A DNA stretch of 64,000 bases from the human T2T-CHM13v2.0 reference genome, Homo sapiens: the NCBI RefSeq assembly GCF_009914755.1, contig NC_060926.1; one strand, written 5' to 3'. The notes beneath the pieces were generated by a model, which was not told where the DNA came from, searched no databases, and saw nothing but the letters and a program-made list of their open reading frames with translations. Below, in pieces: positions 39,931 through 53,480 of the stretch; the stretch's first letter is position 1, and the number at the start of each line of letters is the position of its first letter. The translations under genes and the position numbers were made by a program.

Positions 39931-41485
39931 TTCTAAACATGTTTCTAAAATGTGAAATAGCTCATCTATGATTGGTAAACAAGAGGAAGATGTTAATAGA
40001 ACATAAATGACACACTGGTTCCCACAGTTTTTTTTGCCAGCACATTAGTGTTTGGTGTCTTGTAGTAATGGCTGCTGGATGCAAAGTACATTAGCCCAGC
40101 TCAATGCAGCAAACCACAGGGGAATACAGTATTGTCCTATTCATTCTGTTCTGTCTTAGAAGTGATTATTTACAGTTTCCCCCCAATCTTTGTGCATTTT
40201 GGCCTTGTCTCAATAATCTGCAGACACAATCTGTTATTTTTTAAACATTCCTTTAATCAAGCTACCTTCATTTTAAGTTTTCTATGTACTACAGTATATA
40301 TTTAGTAAGAAATTAATATGACTTTGATTTCTAAACTACTAGAATTTAATTAAAATATTGTTTTTATTGATGCTGTATTTGCAGTGTTGCCTCAGTGTTA
40401 ATTAGTCTGTCTCAATCTTATTTTTCCCAAAAGCACTGTTATTTTTGGCATAGGCTTTTGCAGAACACAATGTTTTGGGGTTTTTTTTCCCCCAGGAATA
40501 CATTTATCACACTGTAGCTAAAATGTTGCCACTTATTGAGATAAGTATGTAGGGTTTCAAATTAGATCTGTTTACTAATTTGTTAGTATCCTTAAGCCAG
40601 CCTTTCAATATGTGGGATTCAATTTTAGCTAAGCCCTTTCCTTATATTATTTCATTTAAATTTCTCAACAACCTTATTCAATTAGCAGCATGTATTGATT
40701 GGAAGCTGGGTGCAAGGCAGCCTGCTAGACTCTGGGAATACAGTGGTGGACCAGACAGATCTGGCCCTTACGCTCATAGAGCTAAGCTCCTTTATCAAGT
40801 AGATACTCTAATAATCGCTATTATAAATTATCACTTGCTGTGGACTTCAGGGTTGCCTATGTCAATGGAGCATTCTAGTTCTTTGAGGCTGAGAAAGTGA
40901 GAGGAAGCCTCTTGTCACTGGATTCCCTGCCACTGCTCTCAGGAGGCAGCAGGTAGGTTCTCCCACACCACATACCTGCCAATCCACCCCTACCCCACCA
41001 CCACCAAAGGAAGCCGGGAGCTCCCAGGGGCTCTTCATTGCTGACCTATTCTTGTCCCACTCTCAACTCTCAGCCACGTGACCCTGGCCCTCTGACTTCA
41101 GAACTTGTTGAGATTTAGTCTTTCTGGGGCTGGAACCTCAGCTTTCCCTGCAACTTTCTAGCTGAAATTGTTTCTCTGCTCAGGTTCTCAGCTTTCAGTC
41201 TTACCTGAGACAGCTATCTTCTATTCCTTCTCAGCCCTGCAGAACCAATATCCAATCATTTGGCCAACCTGGCTTCCCACAACGGGGGTTTGGATATTGG
41301 GCTCCATTCTTGCCATGTCTGGGACTTTTGCACAAACATTCTTCAATTCTCTATAATCTCTCCTTGCCACTCTGTGGAAACTACTGTCCCATGGAAACAA
41401 CTTGTCTACATGTCCAGCTAGTTCTTTCAATAATATTCAATTTATGATCTAAAAAACTACAACTGTACTTAAAAGTCTCAATGGT

Positions 41486-41686
41486 GGCCCAGCATGGTGG
41501 CTCACACCTGTAATCCCAGCACTTTGGGAGGCCGAGGTGGGTGAATCACAAGGTCAAGAGATCGAGACCATCCTGGCCAACATGGTGAAACCCCATCTCT
41601 AATAAAAATACAAAAATTAGCCCGGTGTGGTGGTGCATGCCTGTAGTAACAGAGCAAGACTCCATCTCACAAAAAAAAAAAAAAAA
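41486..41686 (+). mobile_element. AluSc-like with most of the right arm deleted; 14-bp TSD
   Basis: gcctgtagt joins directly to aacagagcaagactcc; TSD AAAAGTCTCAATGG at 41471-41484 and 41683-41696. Confidence 0.9.
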
Positions 41687-41699
41687 GTCTCAATGGCTT

Positions 41700-42120
41700 C
41701 CCATCACCTTTAAATTAAATCTGGACTCCTCTCAGAGGCCAAAGTCCTGTGTGACCTGGTATTTGCCTCCTCAAATCTTAGTTCTTGCCACCATCTCTCT
41801 TTACTTTCATGTTTACGCCACACTAGCCTTCTAGGCTCTTGAGCATAGCAAGTTATTTTCTATCTTAGGACTTTTTCACACTTGGTTCCTTCTGTCTGGT
41901 GCTCTTCCACTCTGCCCAAATGATTCTTTCCCATATTTTAAAGTCAGTATAAATGTCACCTCCTCACGGAAGCCTTCTGTGATCATCGCGTTACTTCCTA
42001 TCCCTGCTTGCTGTAATTTACCTCTACAGCACGTATTTCCTAAAGAGGGTCCATATTTCACCACCATACACCCTGTGTTGGCTCAGGAAAAGTCCATAAT
42101 ACATAAAATTTGAATGAATA
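41700..42120 (+). mobile_element. LINE-2 3' fragment
   Basis: caatggcttcccat...aaatgtcacctcctcacggaagccttct...ttgaatgaat terminal repeat. Confidence 0.7.
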
Positions 42121-45100
42121 AGCTACTTACAGCATTATTAGGAATGATACAACAATAATATTAACTTAATGGGACTAATGCTATAGTATAAGCAAATAGA
42201 CATTTGAAGGCTTGACAAGGAGCTTAAGCACCATTTTAAATTTTGTTCCTAAGGAAACAGTTCCAAATCTAAAATGTCAACTTAAAATATTTTAGAAAAT
42301 ATTCATGATTAGTTGGTGGTTGCCTGTAACTACTTTCAGGTTCAATAACAATACTGTATTCTGGTTGCTGTCAGGGGTGGAGTAGGGACAGGAACAGGTA
42401 AAAGAAATAGAAAAATGGCCCCTGTTACTAAGACCTTGCAATATAATTGAAGAACAAAACCCAGATGTAAAACACTTTATGTATGATTAGATGAACAAGT
42501 TCTATACTGACAAAAGAATACACTGTAAGGGTCACATTAAAATGTGAAGAAAGAAAGAATGATGCATTAAGGAACATATCCTAGAAAAGATAAATTTGAA
42601 GCTATGCTTTGCAGGATGTGGCTTGGATGAGTCCCTGGAGCTCTTTGTTGAGTGGGCCTTTTGAGCATTGGGGTATCTCATAGAAAACCACAGAAGCAGA
42701 ATGAATGGCTTTTTCTTAGGAGATAGCAGAGAGTACAAAGGAAGGAGAAATGCTGGTGATAAAAGAGATTGAAAGAGGGGTTCGGTTGCAGTGAGAGGGA
42801 GTTTGTGAGGGACCTGGTCTTAGAGTGAAAAATTTTTACCTGAATTACCTATTTGAAACAATAGGTTTCCCACAGTTGAATTATCTGCTGGTTTGCACAC
42901 AGTCGAATTATCTGCTGGTTTTAGAATGGATTGGACCAAAGAGAGATGAAAATTAGAACAATCATCTGAGAGGCTGCTGATATCTCTAGCTAGCTAGCTA
43001 TCCATCCATCCATCTATCATCTATTAATCAATTTATCTGACAAAGAGAACTCAAACAAGCAGGGAACTATGGGAACTAAAAGGAGCTATAAATTCAAGGG
43101 ACATCTTAAGGGATTTTAGGAAGGAATTAGACAGAAATTTGTCCGTCTAGATTATTACACCATCTTCAGAATGGAGACCTCAGTCTAGTAAACGTCCCAG
43201 CATTATCTGCCATTTTGAAGACATTCAGAGAGGAGTCACAGGGACAAAAGAATTGCCACAATGAACAAGACCCTCGGGCTCTTCCACTCATGTGCCACTG
43301 GCCACAGTAACCCTGGATGCCCTGAGAGTACCTGCTTCTCCTCCAGGAGTTCAGACACAGTATCAGAGGACCACCAAGCATCTATCTGTACACAAAAAGT
43401 CTCAGGCTATACAGCTGTAGAATGCAGGCTATGTCAGAATGCAGTTCAGAAAGGCATGTAAAATAAAGGACTCACATACCAGTGACAAAACTCCACCTGC
43501 AAATCACATAAATGTCTTTGCATCAGCTCTGTCTATGTTGAGCAGCACCCTTTCGGGAAGAAAATGGAGACCTGATTCTATGAGCTTGTGGGAAGATTGG
43601 TCCTCGCTGAAATCACTACCAATTCCTTTCACTTTCAGCATCTCATCCAAAATTCAATTAATCTAGAAAACTTTCTACGGTTACCACTAAACTTGTTGTT
43701 TTTCCAGTAGCCCAAAGTATATAACCCACTTAAAGGGAAAGAATGTTCACAAAATTTAGAATCTTTAATATCAACAAATTAGACTATACAAGAAATCACT
43801 ATTTACTTTATAAATAGCTAATTTTTTCAGTGCTTCACAAGATTCAGCCCTCACTCATCTTTTCAAGAACACAGCTATTGCACTAAGTGGCACACCTGTG
43901 TATTAATTTGGTACTTCCTGTTGTTTTATAATTATATTCTTTAATCATTTTTATGAGTGTCTTCTGTCTAACTATATTATAAACCTGGAGGTACAAACCT
44001 AATGTATTAAGTTTTTGGTATCGTCCTGTAGGTCCCACTGCTGTTTCTTTATACACAGTGGAAATTCAATAAATGCCCTTCCCATCAGACTGAGTTGTTA
44101 AGTCAGAAGAGAGGTCAATGTTTTATAGTTAGGTCTAAATCTTTTGTGACTGGAGAAGAAAGGAAATGGGCAGGTATTTTAGCCTTAAAATGGCATGGGA
44201 AATTTTTTTTTTTCTCTGTAACAATTCGAGTAGATTACATTGGATTTACCATGTAGCAGGGATCATGGAAGCGCAATACAAAACTCAGATGACAGTATGA
44301 AATGTATTTTGTGTGTATTCACAAAATTCCACAGAATCAATCACCATCCCTTTGACCGAGTTAATATGAACTCCAGTGGCAGTAACCCACGGACCTCTAA
44401 TAGAATTCACCGATGGGAAATAGTAACAGTTCCCGTGGAGGCATTACCTTCACTGCCAACTGTGATCTATGGATGACAGCCTCCCAGAAAACACATTGAC
44501 ACAATAGGCTGTAATGGCTCAGATGGGGCCTTTATGTGATATCAGGCCAGTGATCCGCAGACAATGTCTCGCCGGGAGGTTTCTCAATTGCCTTCACCAA
44601 GGCTTTCCCTCCTGCTTTCTGGCCTGTCCGGGTACTTTCCTGAGCTCAGGGATGTTTGCCTGTGCTCTCAGGCTATAGAAGCTTGCCTCACAGCATCTCC
44701 ATTACACAAATGAGCCACTAAAAAGCCAATGAGAAAATGAAGAATACCTACAGATAAAATATTTTATTCAATCTGCAATGATGTTGGTGCAGATGCATTT
44801 GTTTATGAAGTGTAATCCAGCTCCCACAGCGAGATTTGGACTTTATTCCTTATCAAGCTCTGTTGACCAGTTTGAAAGCTCCTTTGTCCACAATAAAGAG
44901 GCTCTGCCACCCATGAACCAGTCAATCAGTCAATAAGTATCTGGTGAATATACTCATAATTGTACAATGGATTGTTGTATTTGTCAGAGAATAATTGGCT
45001 TCTGCCCTTAAGGAGTTTCTAATAGAGTTAAAAAAAAGGTGAAACTGACCCACGTGAACTCCCATGTAATTATGGGCTAAATTGCTAGGTTGGTGAGCTC

Positions 45101-45339
45101 TGTGTTCTGTGTTACTTGATGATTGTGCATTTAAAGATGTCTAATAACACCTAGTCTTCACACATCATTGTTTTAATTCAGTGACACAATGGGTACATGA
45201 CTTGGCAATGGGCAATAACTCAGACAGTACAAGGAGAGGAAAGAGTGCATTCATCAGCAGATGCTGAAAAGGCTTGAATCTTACATTCTAGAATAAGTCA
45301 AGGGCATCTAGAAAGAAAAATTGGGAAGTAGGAGAGAGA

Positions 45340-45570
45340 TAGGTGATTATTAACATTTGCAAATACTTATGCCCCAGACACTTGACAAGTGACCTCATTT
45401 TATCTTAACAACTGCCACAAGAGATAGAGATTAGCATCATTTTATACTTGAAGAAATAGAAGCTCAGAGAGATTTACTTGTCTTGCCTAGGTAATACAAC
45501 CAGGAAATGACCCAGCCAGGCCTCAAACCCAGATCTGTCTGCTCCAAAGCCCATTCTCTTTCTACTGCAC
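45340..45570 (-). mobile_element. MIR SINE
   Basis: gaagaaatagaagctcagagag...caaacccagatctgtctgctccaaagccc. Confidence 0.7.
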
Positions 45571-46149
45571 CATCCTAACTCCCTATCACACCTTCTATCT
45601 TCTTGAACAAAGCACATAGATAATGACTATCTCTTCTGTCCTGCCATGTGAATTGTCTTCATAATGTCCCCTTTAGGGTTGGGTAGGAAAAGAGAGATAG
45701 GAAAAGAGAGAAATCAAGCAAAAGACAACAAAAGTGAAGAACAGATTTAAGAGCGTGCCTTCTGCCAATTCACAAAGCCAAGGCCAGAGTTGATATTCTG
45801 CCAGGGTGCCCCAGTCCAGCATACCAACCAGCATCCATCCGGACTGGTCAGTGCAAAAGCCATGTAAGATGTGACATATTTTTAAAATATCATCTCCCAT
45901 AATGTCCTTACTGGATCTCTGAAATTTGGGGATATTGACTATTGGTTTTGAGAAGAATAATGTCAAATGCAGCTCTAAGGTCAAAGGAAGGCCTATGAAT
46001 TACATTTATTGCTGAGAGAAAATTTACACTGGGAAAAAAGCAGTTCTTTCAGTTATACATTTTACTTTTTTTTTTCCAAATCTTAAGAGTGTGGGAAAGC
46101 AAGCACAAGGTCTTGTTTAAAGTTTTAAATACATATTATAATTGTTTGC

Positions 46150-46700
46150 TTTGGTCTAAAATTATGATACAGAAGAGATTTTATTTATTGTATAGATATT
46201 CAAAAGACATAATAATGATTATTCTAATTACCCAATCCATCTTCAATATTTAACTCCTCAGAGATAAGCACTTTCAACAATTTAGCATGTATCTAGCTGT
46301 TTTCTATCCATAGAGGAACATAAAATATATTTGAAATACATGTTTATTTTACAAAATTAAGTCACATAACCTACTCTGCAGCTTACTTCTTACACATAAT
46401 GCATCAAGGGCATCTTTCCTCATCAATACATATAGATCCATTTTGTTCTTTTCAATAACTACATGGTATTTTGTGTATGGATATACCATAACTTCAAGTC
46501 TTATTGATATATACTTAGAGTGTTTTCAATATTTTGATATCTTAAATATGCTACCATAACATCTTTGTGCATTTTTGCACACTTGCATAAATATATTGGT
46601 AAGAAAAAGGTATCTTTTTAAATACATTGGTCTCCTTTTAGCAAATTGATGTCAGGTATTCATCTGTGTCTATTTTTTAGAAATTAATGCATATATTTAT
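46150..46700 (-). mobile_element. Ancient L1 (L1M-type) fragment
   Basis: AT-rich antisense L1M motifs (ctacatggtattttgtgtatggatataccataac). Confidence 0.5.
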
Positions 46701-47339
46701 AATTACTCTATATAATTTACTCATGCGTCATCATACCAATATAATATGTTGGTATTAGAATTATATGTTTCATGCATTCTTGATTAGATGCACTCCCCAC
46801 ATATAACATTGCATTGATAGTTTCATAGCAATTCACTTTCAGTCACAGTTGATAAGCCCCCGTTGCAGTGCAAATCAGGCACCATCCCAACAGGTTTTAA
46901 AGCACATTCAGAACCTCAGAATAGTAACTCAGTAAGGACCGGGATAATCAGAGAAGATTTCTTGAAAGAGCTCAAACTTCAGCTATGCCTTGAAAGGCAT
47001 TAAGGCATAAGGAAGATTTGGATAGGCTAAAAGACAGAGACCCGATAATGTGAACCCAAGAAGTCAGGACCACGGACAGAGCAGAGGTAGACTGGATGGA
47101 AAAGTGCACTTTGAGAGGAGTCCTGAGGGAAAGAGTAGGAGACACAAAGCGAAGCTTTATAATGAAGGTTTTGAAAAACAGGTCAGAAGGTCTAGATCTG
47201 ATATAGAACCAGATAAGGGCTAGTGAGCAATTTGAGAGAGTATTTAACAAAGCTGGAAACTATGTAAAGTAGGGCAACCTCACAAACAAAAATAGAAAAT
47301 TAAGTGAGACATTCCACAGAAAAGATTAACATGGTCCAC

Positions 47340-47590
47340 AATAACAGCTACTACCTATTTAGAGTTTACTCTGTGACAGGTCCCGTGATAAGTGCTTGGA
47401 TTACACCATCTCAGTTAATCCTCCTCATGACCACTCTTTGAGCCTGTATGATTATTAATCTCATGAGTGAGATATGCTTAGGCTCAGAGAGGTTAAATGG
47501 CTTGCCCAACTTCACATAGCTTACCAATGACAGAGTTTGGATCCCAACCCATGTCCAAAGCCAGGAACCAGAGCTGAAATGCAGTTTTAT
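47340..47590 (-). mobile_element. MIR SINE
   Basis: aggctcagagaggttaaatggcttgcccaac. Confidence 0.7.
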
Positions 47591-48526
47591 ATCACAAACA
47601 TTATGGAGATTACATTTCACATGAACTCACAGCTTCCAAAAGGAAATGTTCCTTCCTTTTCCACTGTTTCCCTCCTTCCATGGAAAAGTATAAAAAGACA
47701 GTTTTATAAAAAAAATTACTGAGTTCAAATCACCCCTGTGATAGTTCCATCCAAGCTTATAAAGTCTTTGAGAAGTAAAGTGAGCTAAACCCTAATATTG
47801 TTTGTCAGCTCACTGAGTTACTTCACACAATGTCACCTAACCTCTAGGAATCTCACTCTCTTCACTCACAGTGAGGTAGAAGAGAGGATATTACAGATGC
47901 CTCCTAGATCCTAAATTACATGATGCTCTTAGTCTTTGCATTTTGATGCCAAATGATGCTGATTAAAGGAGGACTTAGCTAACAAAATCTAAATCTTACT
48001 TGGTCCCAAGAACTAGATTATAATCTCTTGTAATTTTCATATGCATTCATTAATTTGATCATTTATAAATACTTCTTGAGTACCTACTATATACCTACTT
48101 TTTTGGAAGATGTCCTACATTCCTTTGTGTGATTTAAGTTTTAAGCCATTTAATCTCTACACCAACCATATTAAATATTTTCTCATAAGAATGATACACA
48201 GATTAAGTCATCTGCCCTAGATTACACAGCTCTATAGCAGAATCAGGATTTAAACCCAGAGAGGCCCCAGAGCCCCAACTCAATCTTAATGCTTTGCTCA
48301 ATAATCATTGCACCCTGTCTCCCAGGAAGTATCGCACTGCCTGATAGTAGAGTTAGTACTTGGCTGAGGCTGAAAAAATGAAGGCCTTTAAGAGAGGTTG
48401 TAGAACTCTATAGCTTGTGCTTTGAAATTATAAGACGAAGTTTGAATTCTAGTTTTAGTGCATGCTGAGTGATCTTACTTTTTCTGAACATTTTCTCATC
48501 TATAACATGGGGATAAAAATAGCGCC

Positions 48527-48705
<179 letters not shown>

Positions 48706-49609
48706 CTATTCCATAGGGTTGCCATGAAGCATAAAGACAATGTCTAGTGCCACAAAAGGAGTCAGAAAAACACCTGAATTCCTTTAAGAAAATGTTCTAG
48801 AACTTTGGATATTGGGAGGCATTTATAAATACAGAATCCATCTTTACTGCAGCTACCTGATTAACTACTTTGAAGAAGCCACTAGAGTCTAAGATTTGCT
48901 AATTCAGAACTGCAGACATTTAAACATTAGAGTGCATTTTCACAGAAAACTAAATTCTTAGGGTTACCCATGTTTCCTATAAATAATCACTAGGAACGAG
49001 AGTGGACAATCACTGTGCAAAACCATGGCGCATTCCAGGAATACTCATACTGAAAGGAGGGTACATTTCCTCTCTGATGGGGGTATGCTTAATATTAAAG
49101 ATGCCTTGTGTTTTGTTTACCATTGGTTGTATAATGGCATTCAACACCTCAGGATCATTGTGTTAGCACCAGAATAGCTCCACAAGGGAGATTAGCAGGA
49201 CTGTTTGTATTCAATTGATTCCTTGATACATTTCCTAAATGAGGCCATTATTTGCATTTTCCATTTTCCAGATAGCTAATCCAAATGTAGAGCTTCTAGT
49301 AATTGCCATAAGATACATAATGAGTTTGTGGTTTTGAAAAGTAAAAAAAAAAAAGAGTAATCACAATACCCATTCCCACTTCTCTAAGTATTAAACTCCT
49401 TTCTCTTCTGAATAACTGTGCCTACATAAATAATAAATATCTGAGCTCATGGACCTGTAATTTTAGAGTATGACAAAAATGCAACTAACCATACACGAAA
49501 AAGGTTATAGATGAGATATACTGAAAACTCATCATACTAGAATTATACAGTGCAAGGCAGAACCTAAATCACAGACATGACTAACACCTATAACTTAGTT
49601 TTTTAGTAA

Positions 49610-50040
49610 TACAGGATTCAGAGTCAGCAGATTAGGGTTCAAGTCCATACTTCTTCACTTACTAACTGGAGAAATAACTTTAGCAAATTTCTTCTCCAAC
49701 ACTCAGTGTTTTAATCTGTAAAACAGGGAATAAAAATACTACTTACCTCACTGGGCAATTATAAGAATCAAATTATATAATGCATGTAAGCTGCTTAACA
49801 TGTGGTCTGGAAGATAATAAGAACTCAATAAATGTGTTCTTACTGCAATTTCAAGGCACCTTGTACACATTGTTTCTGATCTTTTAAACAACCCTTCAAA
49901 ATAAATGGCATTAACTCCATTGTACTGATAGGGCAGTGCAGGCTCAGACAAGCTATGTGACTTGTACCAAATTAAATAACTGCTAAGTGGCAGAGCCTGG
50001 TCTTTCTGACCCAGAGCTCAGGCATTTTGATCTGCTCCAT
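49610..50040. mobile_element. Two adjacent MIRs in opposite orientation
   Basis: Sense MIR ~49610-49845 (ctgtaaaacagggaataaaaatact...ctcaataaatg), then antisense MIR ~49860-50040. Confidence 0.65.
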
Positions 50041-51177
50041 TCTGCCCTTCAAAGTCACCTTTGTCCCCAAACAAACCACCATCCTGACTGAAATGTTAAA
50101 GCTACTCCATCCTAAGTCAGCTTCCCTGGCTGGCCCAGTACTCAAATCCAAGCACAATATTCCAGCAAGGCTCACCAACTAGACAAAGAAATGCCAACAA
50201 GAACATATTTACGATATGCCTTTCACCATAGAAACTGCACACTTTGACAGGCATATGTTAGCAGGAAACAAGGTAGCTTGCTTTCCAAAGTGCTAGCTCT
50301 TGCATCTCATAACCAAAGGAGTAGAGCAGCATCTTTTTTTTATTGGCCCATAAACTTTCAGTTGTGTGAGTTTGGCACAAAATAACAGTTGTTAACACAG
50401 CAGGCCACCTCTTGGCATTCCAGTGATGGCTATATTAGTGCCACCACAGGGCCCAGGGCTGCCATAAGCCTTTCATGAATCCAAGTGCCACTAATTTTCC
50501 CCTTATAAAAACCACAAGATGGTATTCAGGCTGTGCCTTACAATTGATATCGTTGCCATACAGCGAAAAGATCATTAATTTTAAATGCCTACTGTGATTT
50601 GGTCTTGTAACTGCACCATGGGCCCAATGCCATGACTAGGATAGTGGTGCAAAGTAAGCGTAATAGTATTTTTACAGTGAAATCTGATTGCAATGAATCC
50701 CAAGGACTGAGGAGAAATACAATTAAGGATTATCATTAAATACTAATTCCCCCTTTTCAGCCCTGCACTCACCCTAGCCTCTTGTACATTATATAAATTT
50801 TATCTTACAGGACTTAGAATAGGGCTAAAACAAGCATCTTACTGCCTTTCATAGATGCTGGTAATGAAGGGGAGAGATAGTGGGGATAAGATAGAGGAGA
50901 AAGAAAGGATAAAGAGCTGAAGGCCAGTGTTGATTGTAGCTTCATTAATAATTCATAATCTCCTCTCCGAAACAGAGTTTTCTCCTAAATTTCTTTCTCA
51001 ACTGATGTTGCCATAATTCTCCTTTGACGTCCAGCCTCGAAGTTACAAAACCAGATCTTTGACTTGTCCTTGCTTTTTTGCTCACACTCAGTCACTAGGT
51101 CTGTGACAATATCTCTCACAACCAACCTCCATTTCCATTCCCACTGCTTTCATCCTAACAGAGTTCTTTAAATCTAA

Positions 51178-51360
<183 letters not shown>

Positions 51361-53213
51361 TAGACAAAAATTCAACTCTAGCTGCAAACAAATCTAGGTT
51401 TAAGTTCTGGATCAGATATGTGCTAGCTATGTGACCTTGGACAAATTACTTAATATTTCCAAGCCTCATCTGAAAAACAGAGATAACAATAAGTAACTAC
51501 CTCTAGGATGTTATAATGATCAAGATAATGCACGTCAAGTGCCATACTTTTTAAACTGTTTTTCATAATCAATTTCTTCCCTCTTTACTTCACTCTATAC
51601 CTCTTTCAAGTTTCTCTTACTAAAGTAAAGCAACTATAAGAGTATCTTCTGTCCCCAAACATACACTAGGTCTCCAGTGTATAAGACAAATACCGAAATC
51701 CCCGGCCTCTTATTCAAGGCCTTTTACTATCAGACCCTAAGTTACCATCCCGACCTACCTCCCCCAACACTGCTCCTTGATAGGAATCCTCCCCGCACTA
51801 CCAACGAAAGGCTTATGGCAGGATATAAGGATTTGTCCTCTCCTTATATACTTTCCAATAAACTGATGATTGCAATAATTCAGTTTTTAGATTTAAAGAA
51901 CTCTGTTAAAGTGATAGTGAAATTTACCATTTCATCACTGTCACAGTTCATATTATTTTTCCACTTCATCTCCATCTCATCTCCATCATCTAGACATACA
52001 CACATTTTAAGGCCTATGTCAAACTTAGCACCCTTTAGAAATGTCTTCTTGACACTTCAACCTGAACTACACTCCGTTCGCCACCAAACCCTGTAGTTTA
52101 TACCTATTTCCTATGTCATTTATGTTACAAATCACACACTGCCAAACTTAAACTCCTTATTTCATGTATATGTTTTATTTTTGTAATTGAGGATGTTCTT
52201 TGGTTCCAAGCCAAGGAACCACCTTATGAGTGAAATTGCCTCAGAAGAAAGCCTTTTCATTCTTCAGTAACTACCTTCTTTTGGATGCAGTCCAAAATGT
52301 ACACATCTTAAATGATACCTAGATTGACAACTTTTGGAAGATGGTGATTTTTAAACAATGAGAGCTTGGACCCAGAAAGGAATGAGAAAACAGCATCCCT
52401 GATGCTGGCTTGGTTGTAGCTGAAGTGAAGCCAATGGTATCTTAGATAGAGGCTCTTATTCAGTGCAGAGGAGGGGTCTTCCCCCAGATGCTTGAGGCAG
52501 GTACCTGGAAAGAGGGAAAGGGTTCCTTGGGCTACAGCTATATGTCAATGGATGGAGATAGAATCCTCGTCTCATGGGGCAGAGACCAAGGAGCCATAGA
52601 CCACCCACCTGTGGAGGGATTCAGAGGAGGGAACCCATCCCAGATAACATCCATAGGTCTCCCATAGCATTCCTGTTTCTGACCATGGAATTCATACCAC
52701 AAAGCCTGCTGTTTGAAAGGAGCTGTTTTATATACAAACAATCATAATAAATAAGAAATAAATAAGGTGCCAGTGTGTGAATGGATTCTACTTCACAAGG
52801 AGATAAATTGTCCTCACCCTCAGTGTCCTTCCATCCTTACTAAGCCAGCCAACTGTTTCTCCCAGCCAAATTGAACCACAAAGTATTGGTCCTGATTCAT
52901 TTGACAAGTATAAAGTCAAGTTTCTCATTCCCAGAAGCCAGTAATGGTTGAGCCCAGAGTACCAGAGGGTGAGCAAAATCAAAATCATGGGTGTATAGGC
53001 AGGTCAGTACCGGAAACTGGGAGAAAGTGTCAGGTGGCTCTCAGAAACTGTGTCACGATACAGGGTGGTCACGGGGAGATACAGATGCCAAATATCAAGA
53101 ATTAAGTACCATAACCAGAAGAAAGGAGCAAGCTAATGACAGGCAAAGGTTTTGGGATTATCACCATCTTCATTACCATCTTCACGATCATCATCATTAT
53201 CATTGGTTTAAAG

Positions 53214-53480
53214 CCCCTTCTCTGGACCCCTTTGCCCTAGATATGTTTTAGAATTCAGAATTTTGGGACTTCAAGTACACTAATTAAATCTGTCTTAATG
53301 CATTAATATCTCTGCAGCAAATTATGCTAAGTGGAGTTAGAGCCATTAAATAGCTTCTCATTGGTTCAAGTCAGGCTTTGCCACTGAATAAGTTTTGACA
53401 CCAACTTACAAACAAATGAAACAATTTTGTTATTTCAAATTTGGGGCATTTTAGAATTACAAATGAGGGACTATGGACTA
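53214..53480. mobile_element. Tigger-family MITE (MER46-like)
   Basis: gttttagaattcagaattttg ... ttttagaattacaaatgagggactatggac. Confidence 0.45.

Noticed and set aside
51677-52096. 139-aa ORF
   Set aside because: Non-ATG start, lies in L2-like decayed sequence, no recognisable homology.
53156-53203. His-rich coding-looking stretch
   Set aside because: Degenerate (CAT)n simple repeat with no splice or ORF support.
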